The translations under genes and the position numbers were made by a program. DNA of 61,938 nucleotides, filler included, from Collodictyon triciliatum (lineage: Eukaryota), in NCBI GenBank assembly GCA_043381765.1. It is 6 parts of 6 records of this genome, joined end to end, with 100 filler letters (N's around TTAATTAATTAA, not from the genome) between each part and the next. Parts side by side here need not be neighbours in the genome. Positions count along the whole stretch, not along the records: positions 1 to 11,038 come from JBHJMP010002497.1; positions 11,139 to 22,171 come from JBHJMP010002498.1; 4 more parts are not named here. One strand, written 5' to 3'. Under the pieces are notes generated by a model, which worked only from the letters and a program-made list of their open reading frames with translations, was not told where the DNA came from and did not search any database. Positions 1 through 13,989 of this stretch are shown here, one piece after another (the stretch's first letter is position 1; each line of letters starts with the position of its first letter).

Positions 1-128
1 AAAAAAGATATTAAAAAAGATATTAAAAAAGATATTAAAAAAGATATTAAAAAAGATATTAAAAAAGATATTAAAAAAGATATTAAAAAAGATATTAAAT
101 AAAGATATTAAAAAAGATATTAAATAAA
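1..128. repeat. (AAAAAAGATATT)n 12-mer minisatellite, inside the DHHC gene intron
   Basis: Directly visible tandem 12-mer, downstream (minus-strand sense) of the GTGAGT donor at ~161. Confidence 0.95.
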
Positions 129-161
129 GGGTACCAAAGAAAAATCAGGGTAGAAACTCAC

Positions 162-409
162 ACAAACGCAAAGAACAAGGTGCACGGCACCACGATAAGA
201 GAGACGGTCACAAGAAGGTTCCTCACATCCGGACCGATGTATATTCTTCCGCCACAATAAAACCGGGCAGAACCGTGCCAAGTCATGTACGCAGGATCGC
301 CCTCCAGCAAATCAGGCGCGGTCGCCTCGTCGGGACTCGCCTCGGACCGCAACTGGGAAAGCGGATGGTAATTGCGCCGGTGGACGTCGCGCCTCCCAGT
401 CAGAGACAT
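162..409 (-). CDS. DHHC palmitoyltransferase (Erf2/ZDHHC9-like), first exon; the rest lies outside the window
   Basis: ATG at 409. The peptide YMTWHGSARFYCGGRIYIGPDVRNLLVTVSLIVVPCTLFFAF matches the Erf2-family N-terminal 'W.G..RF.CGGR...GPD' motif followed by TM1. It ends at a GTGAGT donor. Confidence 0.75.
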
Positions 410-1017
410 CGAGTCTGCTTTGTCTGCAGCCAGCGTGGATCAGGCAAAGCTGCGGGCCAAACCTTTGAGCCGGAGTGATCGGGCAGGTGAGTCGGGGCAG
501 GAGCAGCCTGTCTTCTTGGTTTGCAGGCTTCACTCGAGACTCGATTGCATAGACTCGCGAGCCAACTCACGAGACTCTCGTTTAGCTTCCTATTCATCGG
601 GCAAACCAGACACGGCATAGATTCCCCCGCTCAATAAGAAAGATGGTTTGAATCAGATGTGTCTTTCAGAGGCGATGGAAAGCAAGGCTTGGGCTGTGGG
701 GCTCTAGATGCGGTTGGGGCGAGGGAAAAGTGTTTTGCAAGCATGTGTTGAAAACGAGCAAAGTAGTAAAAGGATGATAGCAGGATAGTGTGAGCGGTGG
801 TAGCATCGCGGGGTTTCATTTTTCTCTAATTGGTGTTTGCCTTTTCGTGATGATGATTCTGTCCCAAAGAAAAGAGTTGTGTTATGTTGTGTTGTCGATG
901 CATTCAAAATACTGCGCTTCCTAAGAAAAGTGGGTTATGAACAAGCGACGCCGGTGATGCTGCTCGTGCCATCAAAGAAACCAACGTGGGTGGTGATTGA
1001 CGCGCTGGAATTGATTT

Positions 1018-3877
<2,860 letters not shown>

Positions 3878-4472
3878 TGGTGCTTTGTGGGGATATTGGG
3901 AGGCAAAGGTGGGTTGCTGATTCTAGAATAGGGCAGAGGTAAAAAAAAAGACTTTCGGGCAAAACTGGAGACTTTACAACGCCAAAGAAAAGGACACGCA
4001 ACACGATTTAGAGGTCGCAGTCTTATGCGCTCCATTACTTCCCTTTTGCTTTTCCAGGTTTTTGATTCATTAAACGTGTCTGGCTTGGGTGCCTGTTTCA
4101 GCGCAAAGTCTTTTCAAGTTCGAATCTGATTCATCACGACGGCCGATGTCTGTCTGGTTTGTTGCTCAACGGCTCGATTATTTTCCAGGAAAGGGCACAC
4201 AATATTCTATATTTAGACAAATTTATTGACACTTCGATAAATTTTTACTTACTTGGAATTTTTCTTTGATTACACTGAATTTGAGCTCATTCTCTTGAGA
4301 GACTCTCAAGAGGATAATGATTTATCCAAAATTGGAAATAAATTCTAATACTGGAATATCAGGGTGGAGCTGGCTTGAGGCTACATCACACCACTCACAT
4401 TTCTTTTCCGTTTTCTTGGGTTTTGGGCGCTAGGCGTTGTAGGTTTATTGGGTGGTATTCGGGGATGGCACG

Positions 4473-6753
4473 CTAAACGAGTGAAGGCTCATGCACGCAG
4501 AGGTGCTTGTCATCTGAGACACTGGCAAAGCGATTGGAGTTAGGGTCAAAGCACACCCCCCAGACCTATGTGCCGGTAATATTTTCATGAGTTTACATAC
4601 AAAACTTATATCTTATGACCTCCAGGCGAGAGGGATGCACATAAATGTGTCAATATTTTCCTTTCCATGTGGAAGGCAAAAAAATACTACTTATCAGTGA
4701 ATCTAATTACCTGGTCGCTGTGTGCATCGATGGTGGCAAGGGCGCTTTTTGAATTACGCAAATCCCAGACCTTCACCTTGTTATCACTCGATCTGATTTC
4801 AAAGGATTCATTTCAGCAAGATATCCAAAAGGTTAATCGCACATGAGATACAGCTGAGCGATAGAAAATAGCTTCAAACACGGACGATGAAAGATAAACC
4901 ATGGAGAAATAGGGAAGAATACCCGCTGACAAGTGTCTTATTATCCGCGCAACAAGAAACAGACAATACCCACGAAGAATGACCAGACAGCGTAGACACT
5001 GGTTTTCCGAAATGCTCTCTGGAAAAATATCAGGATTAAATTGCTGTGGAATATTAAGCATATAATGGTCTTGCTGTCGATTTAAGTCATTATAGCTTGG
5101 TAGGCTGATACCATCCCAGTTTTTTTAATTGCAAAGAAAAGAAAAGAAAAACTCAATGTAAAATTAATGTAATGTAAACTACCCATCGTAAATATGGATT
5201 TGAGAATCGTCAGATGCAGTGCACATGATTTTTGAATCAGGCGAAAAAGTTACACTGCGAACAGGCGATGAATGCCCTAAAGAAAACAAACCATATTCGA
5301 CTGAATGCGTGAAAGAATTCTGAGGGAAAAAATCATTTACATATTCAAAATAAAGAATGACTATCATGGAAGGATGTTTGAATGATACCATCCAATGCAC
5401 TCAGCTTCCGATTTGTTGCAAAATCAAAAACATGAACGGAGCCGTCCCAACAACCACCAACCAATAATTTATCATTTCCCGACTGATGCATTGATTAGTG
5501 CAGTAAAAGAAAAAAAGACACATGGCGATAAAGAGAAATTACATAAATATAAAATAAGAAATTGATGTGCAATCACCCATCACAGTTTTCAATTTGTGTT
5601 TCTTTTGTAGGCAAATGTGAAAAAAATTGTGATTTCTTTTCTTCTATGAATATATATTTGGCTCCAGAAGGAGCTTCGATGGATACAAATACTACGCTCA
5701 TCACAAACTTCCCAACAGCGGTGTCAAACGAGGCCTCCTTTTTTCCGGACTTCGAGTCCCACACATTAATTGAACCTCCGTGAGTCCCAGTGGCCAGAAG
5801 ACTTCTTGGACCGAAAGCGAGCGACCAAGCCTCAGCTGGCGCATAGCAAGACTTAAGTGAGCATATTTCCTGAAAAGTCGCAGAAAGAAAGGGCATGCAA
5901 TTTATGCCAGCCATCTTATATCAAGCTCAACTGAATTTTGTAAAAATTACAATCATAAATAACAGCAAATAATGGAAATTTTCCTGAAAAGAAAAAAGAG
6001 AACCTGGTCCAGCATCAATAACCTTCTCCTGTGTCTTTGTGTTCAAATCAAATACACGAATGAAGCTGTCCAAAGAGCACGAGGCGGCGACTGAAATTAT
6101 AACGAAGCAGTACAATTGTTTGGAAATAATATTGGTTAATTGCGTGTATGTGTTTCTGACAAAGAAAACTGATTATATTTGCTTCCCAGATGTCTTTTGA
6201 ACATAGCTCATGCAATCGCTTTACTTATAGTTTGTGTGACTGAGCCCTCGAAACATCGATTTGAACATAGAAAATGGACTACCTCGCATAGTTTTTTTTA
6301 TTTTATCTATGTCTTATAGAGGAATGAAAAACCTGGATTCCGGTGATCGATGGCCAGGCTTACCACACCGAGCTGGTGACCATGGAATGTAGCTATCTCG
6401 ACATCGTCCCGCGTGGCATTGCCCATATCCTTCGGAGCCTTTCCGATGTTCCTGTTCATGAAATGAATACACTATGAAGATAATGGCAATGTGCAAACTA
6501 GGTAAATTATTCAAAGAAAGGTAAGGAATAAATGAATAGACAAAGTGTGAAAAAAGAGAAAAGAAACTAAAGCCCAGTGATCGGAGTGTTGTTACTGTGA
6601 GAATGGAGAGGGCTTGTCTCACCAGATCTTGACTGTTTCGTCCAGCGAGCCGGTAAGAATGTTTCCGCGAGAGTCCCAGGCCACTGCCCAGACGCCGTCT
6701 TCATGGGCTTCGATCTTGCGTAAGACTTTGTAGGAGGTGGAGGCAGAAGCCAT
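4473..6753 (-). CDS. WDR61: WD40 protein WDR61/Ski8 (SKI and PAF complex subunit), multi-exon
   Basis: Exons read MASASTSYKVLRKIEAHEDGVWAVAW...TGSLDETVKIW...GHQLGVVSL...SCSLDSFIRVFD...DAGPAEAWSLAF...GHSSPVRSVTFSPDS...LSGHSSWVLSV...AHSDQVWGVCF...SVSDDK...LV*. All splice phases join with GT-AG introns. Confidence 0.9.
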
Positions 6754-7208
6754 CGGTGCGTTGTGATCTCTTCACAAAGTTTCGCAGACTTCAAGAAAGA
6801 AACAGAGCGGAAAAACTGAGAGAAGAAAGGAAAAATAATCTCATAGAAGCAGAGAAGAAAAAAAAGAAGCTGATCCGAAGATCGCGCACCAACAAACGCA
6901 GACGAAAAACACACACCACTATTGCACCAGGCCCAACCCTCCAAGCAACAGACCAAGCGAGCAGCGCAAACCAAACGCACCAGCGCTGCACTCACGCAAA
7001 CAATGCATAATATGCTTGCACGAGACGGACAAAAAGTTCAGAGGAAGCACTGCAATACACAAGACCATAGAAATGGAAATAATAAAGACAAAGCGGCCTT
7101 ATGAAACAGAGCGCTGGCTTTAGTCTACAGAGCAAACAAAAGGACACGGATATTGGGTGAGGAGCGACGCTTGGGAAAAGAGAATGTACAGTTTTCGGGG
7201 CGAAGAGA

Positions 7209-7823
7209 TTAGTTGGGCGGTGGCTGCGAGCGCAAGGGCGTGGAAGTGAGGACGGCCGGGCTCGAGTCGATTCCCTTCCATTCAATGTCCTTCGGCACAG
7301 CCCGGTTCAGCGAGTTGCGGTAGTTGAGACGGTCGGCCCAGCCTTCGTTCCAGGAGGCCGGATCGGCCGGTTGCTGCGTTGGCGACTGCGTCCAGGGCTG
7401 CACATACGTTGTGGTCAGGTGCGGGTGTTTCTTCTGGATCGACTCTTGTTGCTGCAGTTTGTGTGAATTGGTTATGTTTGTTTTTTTTTTGTTTTTTTTT
7501 GTTTTTGTTTTTGTTTTTGTTTTTGTTTTGTTTTTTGTTTGGTTTGTGTTTTGTTTTGTTTTTTTGTTTGGTTTGTTTTAGTGGCAGGGTTACCTTCGCA
7601 CGCTGCATTTCAGCCAGCTCTTCAGCGTATGAAAGCGCAGGGACGAGGTAGGTCTTGTCTATTTGTTATGTTTTTAGGTTCATAGGTTTTTCTTTTTTTC
7701 TTCCTTTCGTATGCTGTTGGTTTGTACTGGGTTGAGTGCGAAATACGTGTGTCTCCAAGCGCCAACTGTGACTGAGGATAGAGTGTGTGTGGTATACCTT
7801 GTTGGGGTGGTCGATAGCTCATG
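7209..7823 (-). CDS. small hypothetical protein (~110 aa), 3 exons
   Basis: ATG at 7823 (MSYRPPQQ), donors GTATAC and GTAACC, with phase-consistent joins giving ...DKTYLVPALSYAEELAEMQRAKQQESIQKKHPHLTTTYVQPW...WNEGWADRLNYRNSLNRAVPKDIEWKGIDSS...PPPN*. The exons are GC-rich relative to the introns. Confidence 0.6.
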
Positions 7824-8375
7824 CTTCGCGTTCGTTGGCTTGCTAGCTTGTTGGGATCAAGAGTCAGTTCTGCGTCGCGTTGTGGTTGTGACCCTTGTGA
7901 GGGAATCTTGTTCTGTTTGTCAGCTTCTGGCTGCCTGCTTTTTGTTCGCCTTGGATTAAGTAAAGCGACGTTGCGCGTGGGAAACGAAAATCTCGTTGCA
8001 CGAAAATTCCAGTTATGTAGATTGCGTAGCGAAAAAGGCATTGACCGTATTTGGATGAATCATTTAACCTAACTACACTTGCTGCATCTGTGCAGTGAAT
8101 GGCGAAAACTCAACAAAAAGTATGGTTCATAAAGCGGATGAAAAAAGAAAAAAGAAAAAAGAAAAAAGAAAAAAGAAAAAAGAAAAAAGGAAAAAGGAAA
8201 AAGGAAAAAGAAAAAAGAAAAAAGAAGCTGGCTTGATGACTAGGGTTGCTCACGGTTTAGATATATTAACAGAAATCTAAAGTCTGCAATAAGGATAGAT
8301 GTAAACTCTGCACTTTTAATTTAAACTCTGATTCATTTACTAGCGCGGTGGAAGATTCTGTATACAAACTGTGAG

Positions 8376-9243
8376 ATGTGGGAGTCTACCCAACTGCATG
8401 CTGGTACGGGCCAACTTTGCTGGGATAGAGCAAAAGGCTTCTGTATCATCAAGTCGAGAGAAGGAAGCAGCTCCTTCATCCTGCAACAAGTCACATTCCA
8501 AAAGGATGGAAGCTTCGCACCGTCGAAAAATACAACGATATTTCACTCCTCGAATGCAACCCCAACCACAGCCGTCCTGAACAACAAAGGAGAATGGCGC
8601 TCACGTCGTCCCATCTCATACGGAGCGCCATCGCCATTTTTCCTTCGCCTGAAGAACCAAAGGCGGTCCATTAAACTTGACTCTCCGCATTTCTCGATGG
8701 CCATGGCATATTCCAAGCTGGTTCGATATAAAATCATCAGTCCGAATCCCTACAAACTGGAGAAAATGAGTCGTTGGACCGAAACCAAAGGCATTATAGA
8801 CCCGCTGATAGTCAAAAGCTGGAAGCAAGCACACACACCTGCTCCTAACCGAATCAATGCGCCCGGCATCCTATTTGGCCCACAATACCAAATGACCCAC
8901 GACTCTAGAATACTCTGGATAGCCACAAGGGGACATATGCTATGGTCCTTATGGGTATGTGCGCGCATTCTCTCACTGTAATGATTCACCCGAACGAGAA
9001 ATCAATGTATCCAGGCTGGATGGTCTCGTACAATACAGCTTCATGAACAGCTCTCTTAAACACGCTCGCATTATTCACTACTCTGACCGCAAGCGAACAG
9101 ATATATGGAAGTGTGTCGTAAGATATCTCTAACAACATATCCAACCCCTGCTATCCACGCAACCAATCAACCAGTTGGGTCGCCCTTGCCCCTTTGTATG
9201 GCATAACCTCGCTGCACTTTGAATCGAATAAAGGGAAAAAAAA
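8376..9243 (+). mobile_element. possible decayed non-LTR retrotransposon (L1/Tx1-like) 3' fragment
   Basis: Intronless 201-aa ORF ending ...SWKQ...ILFG...WIATRGHMLWSLW, reminiscent of the C-terminal tail of L1/Tx1 ORF2. It continues only by frameshift and through a stop, and the region ends in AATAAA plus a poly(A) run. No RT or endonuclease motifs are visible. Confidence 0.35.
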
Positions 9244-9260
9244 AACCAGTTGGGTCGCCC
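9169..9260 (+). mobile_element. 58-nt poly(A)-tailed insert flanked by a 17-nt direct repeat (putative TSD)
   Basis: AACCAGTTGGGTCGCCC occurs at 9169-9185 and 9244-9260. The sequence between them ends GCACTTTGAATCGAATAAAGGG-An. Confidence 0.6.
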
Positions 9261-9393
9261 ACCTGACCCACTTGCTATCACTTATTTCTTTCCAGTGTTT
9301 CTTCTCTTCGCGTTTGTTCTATACTATTAGCAATTTACCAAAAAGTTTGTACAAATAAGCCTATTGAGACAAGGATAGGAAGGTGCATGAATC

Positions 9394-9448
9394 AATATCA
9401 TGAGGGGGCACTTTCAACCGAATAAAGGGGAAAAAATATCATGGAGGG
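9394..9448 (+). mobile_element. ~28-nt poly(A)-tailed insert flanked by an imperfect 13-14-nt direct repeat
   Basis: AATATCATGAGGG (9394-9406) and AATATCATGGAGGG (9435-9448) flank GGCACTTTCAACCGAATAAAGGGG-An, which has nearly the same 3' end as the 9186-9243 insert. Confidence 0.55.
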
Positions 9449-11038
9449 ATAATTTCCGATAGGATTTCTCCCAAGAAGGACAAAGGGAAATTATAGGTAT
9501 AATTGATACTGGATTAATGAATCCAGATTAAATGCTGATCATTTGTTCTTTCAGATCAAAAGTATTCCTCGCACTAGATCACTTGCCACAAATTCAAATA
9601 ATAATCATCAGACTGGGGACTGGCCAAAAGAAAACATTTTTTTTCCTTTATTCGATTCAAAGTGCAGCGAGGTTATGCCAGACAAAGGGGCGGGATGGGA
9701 GCGCATGGGAGAGAGCAAACGCGAGTAGGGGAAGACACTACCGTGGGCCAAAAGAAAACATAAAATATCCAGAGTCAAAAGCTCGCCGATGGTAGAAGAG
9801 AGATAGAGACGGAGAGAAAAAAAAAAGCTTTGAAATGTTGTGCGGTCTTGATGATAAATTTCAAGTGAAGCGGCTACACCGATTCTTGGTATTCTTTACA
9901 CCATTCTCCTGGCAATTCAAGTGAAATAATTGGTTTTCTTTCCATGATTGAGGGTGAGAACTATTGAAAACCCATGCGTTAGGGTACAACCAAATGCATT
10001 GGATACGAAGGCGAGAGCGATCAATACTGGGATTGAGTGATGCAGGGAGCTGACTTTGTCATCGGGTTAAAATAACAGCCCCACGGCATTTATAAAAGCA
10101 ACGCAGAGACGTAATGCGAGAATTTCCAATTCGAGATGTGTACCGCGAAAAACTTTGCACCAGACTCCAGCTTAAGTTGATGGCTTTTGCCGCGAATTTT
10201 TCAAACATTCATTTAATTTTACTTCAAAAATCAAATCATAATGAATTATCACCGAGCGCCCGCCAAATTGTTGCACAAAAACCCGTTGAAAGTAACGTTC
10301 TCCTATGGTGCTATCCACTAAGTACGCTAACTATAGTTTTACTTCTGAGTTTGCTGCTATGTTTTCTATATTGATAGCGTTTGACGCAATATTGTCCTTT
10401 GCCTCGACATTCTATGGCAGCGCACGGCAGAGAATCACGTAACGGCCAGGACGTTAGATGGTCTATATTTTTTTTCTTGTATTCGAGTGATAGGGCGCTC
10501 ACTTGGAGAATATATGTAAAAGAATCGAATATATATGAAATTGAGAGCTATATTATTCTGAGATTTTTTTTGCACGTATAAGAAAAGCGACGGGCCGGTG
10601 GATTAAAAGTTGAGGAGGCCTGTAGGGGTCAGGACCAGCTTGCAGGAACGCAAGATGTAAATCAAATTATCCGAGGAATCCTGGAAAACGTAATGCAATG
10701 CTCGTTCATGAATCACACTTGAGAAGAACTGATAGATTCATAGATGACATTCCGTTTGAACCATGAATCTTAAAGCTTCTGTGTGGAACAGAGTTTAAGA
10801 CAAAATCCCCTGCACATACCCTCCTCTTACTACTAAACTTATCACTGCGCACACATGTATTTTGATTCACGAGACAACATTTAAGGATGCAAATAATTTT
10901 ATCAAATAGTTTTCGTCCCCCAACCAAGGACCAACCCAAAAACAAGACACCATTCCGGCCCATTACAAAGAGCCCTCCAAAAAGGATATGACCACTCGAA
11001 CACAAGAAAACAAGCCTCGAATCTCCTTGGTTTCCGAA

Positions 11039-11138
11039 NNNNNNNNNNNNNNNNNNNNNNNNNNNNNNNNNNNNNNNNNNNNTTAATTAATTAANNNNNN
11101 NNNNNNNNNNNNNNNNNNNNNNNNNNNNNNNNNNNNNN
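11039..11138. other. artificial contig spacer
   Basis: N44-TTAATTAATTAA-N44, with stops in all six frames. Confidence 0.99.
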
Positions 11139-12120
11139 CAAAGACTGAAGAACCAAAGACTGAAGAACCAAAGGCTGAAGAACCACAGACCGAAGAACCA
11201 CAGACTGAAGAGCCAAAGGCTGAAGAACCAAAGACCGAAGAACCAAAGTATGATGATGCATTCGAAAGCGACGAACCCAAGGCTGAAGAACCACATACTG
11301 AAGAACCAAAGGCTGAAGAACCAAAAGCTGAAGAACCAAAGACTGAAGAGCCACAGACTGAAGAGCCACAGACTGAAGAGCCAAAGGCTGAAGAACCACA
11401 GACTGAAGAACCACAGACTGAAGAGCCAAAGGCTGAAGAACCAAAGACTGAAGAACCACAGACTGAAGAACCACAGACTGAAGAACCACAGACTGAAGAA
11501 CCACAGACTGAAGAACCACAGACTGAAGAACCAAAGACCGAAGAACCAAAGTATGATGATGCATTCGAAAGCGACGAACCCAAGGCTGAAGAACCACATA
11601 CTGAAGAACCACATACTGAAGAACCAAAGGCTGAAGAGCCAAAGACTGAAGAACCCAAGACTGAAGAACCCAAGACTGAAGAACCCAAGACTGAAGAACC
11701 CAAGACTGAAGAACCAAAGACTGAAGAGCCAAAGACTGAAGAACCACAGACTGAAGAGCCAAAGACTGAAGAGCCAAAGGCTGAAGAACCAAAGGCCGAA
11801 GAACCAAAGGCTGAAGAACCAAAGTATGATGATGCATTCGAAAGCGACGAACCCAATGCTGAAGAACCACATACTGAAGAACCAAAGGCTGAAGAACCAA
11901 AGGCTGAAGAACCAAAGACGGATGAACCAAAGACCGAAGAACCACAGACTGAAGAACCACAGACTGAAGAACCAAAGACTGAAGAACCAAAGGCTGAAGA
12001 ACCAAAGGCTGAAGAACCAAAGGCCGAAGAACCAAAGGCCGAAGAACCAAAGACTGATGAACCAAAGACTGATGAACCAAAGACTGATGAACCAAAGACT
12101 GAAGAACCAAAGACTGAAAC
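11139..12120 (+). repeat. coding 15-nt tandem repeat (GAAGAACCAAAGACT-like) with a recurring KYDDAFESDEP spacer
   Basis: Visible tandem array. The spacer recurs at ~11249, ~11552 and ~11825. Confidence 0.95.
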
Positions 12121-12799
12121 CCCTAAGGCTGAGGAAAAAGAATCTGAAGAATCAAAGGCCGAGGTTAAACGTGCTGTTAGATTTGGGGAAGAAGAGGAAA
12201 AAGAAGCTTCGTCAAATTCTAAAGAAAGTGCAATGCAAGAGAGCCAACCAATCCAAGACGAGGAAGAAGATGAAGGGACAAAACAGAAGAAAATCGAGCA
12301 GAAAATTAAGGCTGAAAATCCTCCAAACCAAGAGCCGAAATCTTTGGAATTCCAGAGAAGTCTTTATTCTGTATTGGATGATTCTATGAGGCGAAAACTT
12401 GGATTACCACCGGTTGAGGACGACGGAAGTACGACCGAATCACACACCGCTGAGAATTACGAGGCCCCGACAGAGAAAAAAGATGACACTGACGACTCCG
12501 CCGCCTGGACTGCTTGGGTTTCGCCTGACGACAGGGAGCACATCAATTCCAGGATACTAGACGGAATTGTAACTCTGCAAACGGTTTCTGATTTGGCTGA
12601 GATATTCACGTCCATTTCCACTGTCGACCCACGGAGTCTCTCAATATCGAAGGATTCTGTCTATGAATACTTGACCAAGTTGGAACTCCTTGACCCCGAA
12701 AACGAGATGAGAAAACTACTTTCTCTCCGAACTAATGACAAAGAGTCTTATTCTCTGAAAGACTTTGTTGATGCGTTCATCGCGGGGCAGACTTCATAG
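11141..12799 (+). CDS. 5'-truncated acidic (EEPK/QT/A)n repeat protein with a possible degenerate C-terminal EF-hand-like pair
   Basis: The frame is open from the contig edge (AAG ACT GAA GAA CCA...) and continuous with ORF 12233..12799. The C-terminus LAEIFTSISTVDPRSLSISKDSVYEYL...EMRKLLSLRTNDKESYSLKDFVDAF has helix-loop-helix spacing. Confidence 0.7.
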   Translation, partial: KTEEPKTEEPKAEEPQTEEPQTEEPKAEEPKTEEPKYDDAFESDEPKAEEPHTEEPKAEEPKAEEPKTEEPQTEEPQTEEPKAEEPQTEEPQTEEPKAEEPKTEEPQTEEPQTEEPQTEEPQTEEPQTEEPKTEEPKYDDAFESDEPKAEEPHTEEPHTEEPKAEEPKTEEPKTEEPKTEEPKTEEPKTEEPKTEEPKTEEPQTEEPKTEEPKAEEPKAEEPKAEEPKYDDAFESDEPNAEEPHTEEPKAEEPKAEEPKTDEPKTEEPQTEEPQTEEPKTEEPKAEEPKAEEPKAEEPKAEEPKTDEPKTDEPKTDEPKTEEPKTETPKAEEKESEESKAEVKRAVRFGEEEEKEASSNSKESAMQESQPIQDEEEDEGTKQKKIEQKIKAENPPNQEPKSLEFQRSLYSVLDDSMRRKLGLPPVEDDGSTTESHTAENYEAPTEKKDDTDDSAAWTAWVSPDDREHINSRILDGIVTLQTVSDLAEIFTSISTVDPRSLSISKDSVYEYLTKLELLDPENEMRKLLSLRTNDKESYSLKDFVDAFIAGQTS

Positions 12800-13749
12800 C
12801 AGATATTATCCAGCTAACGCTTCTCATCTCATCACCACCATGCGGAAATAATAGAGGTATATTATGTCTTACCGTCGCACACAAGATAATTGATTCATGG
12901 CAATAAAAAGATAATTTAATATCATGAGGCACATTTCTCACTATTCTTTTCATCATATAAAGAAACAAGTAAAAACACCAGCTAAATGTCCTTCTTACTA
13001 GATATTAGCTGCTACGACATATCGTGTACCCTTTACTCTTCATGCAAACTGGATCTGTCACGTGGGACTCGCATACTTTTTTCTCCTTTCCTCTCGATAC
13101 ATACCACCATAACAGCTGACCCTCTTAAATTCCATCAAAATTCCTCCTCCTCATGCTTCTCAGGCTTCTACCACTGTTTTCCCCTCCTCATACATTCTCA
13201 CTCCTCGCAACCTACTAAAATAAAACTAATCTAATAAAACTAAATAAATCAAAATATGTCAAATTAAAATAAAAGAATAAACGCAGAGCAAAGCCAGTCG
13301 CCAGACGCACACACCACCGTCGGTCAGGAGCTATGAGCCTCCCGTCCTGTGCGAAAGTACATACAAATTATTATAGATTCCACATTTAATTGTGCAATTT
13401 CCACAAAGGGTATTGCGGTAAAGTCTGCGCCACACAATTATTTCCTCTGGAACGTTCTAGAGAAATATTCTTTATTTAGGAAAATTCTGAGAATACTGTG
13501 AGAATCTTCCACAAAGCCCAGCTTTCCCTCTATTTAAATAGGTGCTTGCATCCCATCTTTTACCCCTTACACGCGCACTGGTCTTGCGCGACCAATCACC
13601 TCGCGGAGGAGACACACAGACAACGCGCTTGCAGACGCACTGCCGAAAAGTGGCAACTTGAAAAACACGAATTATCTGCTCTCCTTTTGTTAAGAAACCC
13701 CAGCGAAAGGCCTTTGAAGAGAGCGACTCATGTTGCACTCAACTGAACC

Positions 13750-13752
<3 letters not shown>

Positions 13753-13846
<94 letters not shown>
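13753..13846. repeat. (TTA)n microsatellite
   Basis: Directly visible. Confidence 0.95.
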
Positions 13847-13989
13847 TAATAAAACTATTAATGGTGCAGGTTTGTCGAGAATATACCGCTCCCACAGCGT
13901 CATCGCCTAGAAAAAAAAACAATATATTCTATCTCCCAAATAGAAGCACACATATTCCTGTAATCAGACACTAACAAGAACACTTGTCG

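Noticed and set aside
10590-11038. Coding-like sequence at the end of contig 1
   Set aside because: All plus-strand frames contain stops and there is no recognisable motif. It may be a decayed element but cannot be supported.
11139-12120. Repeat-spacer-like pattern suggesting a CRISPR array
   Set aside because: The units are tandem, in-frame and coding, with no unique spacers, no cas genes and a eukaryotic context.
11083-12389. Long ORFs in all three minus frames and a second plus frame over the 15-nt repeat
   Set aside because: These are by-products of a stop-free tandem repeat. Only the EEPKT frame continues into unique coding sequence.
13290-13365. GC-rich island that might be a small structured RNA or ribozyme
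   Set aside because: It has no intact hammerhead core, tRNA cloverleaf or SRP/snRNA motif. It is more likely a promoter or 5' UTR exon.
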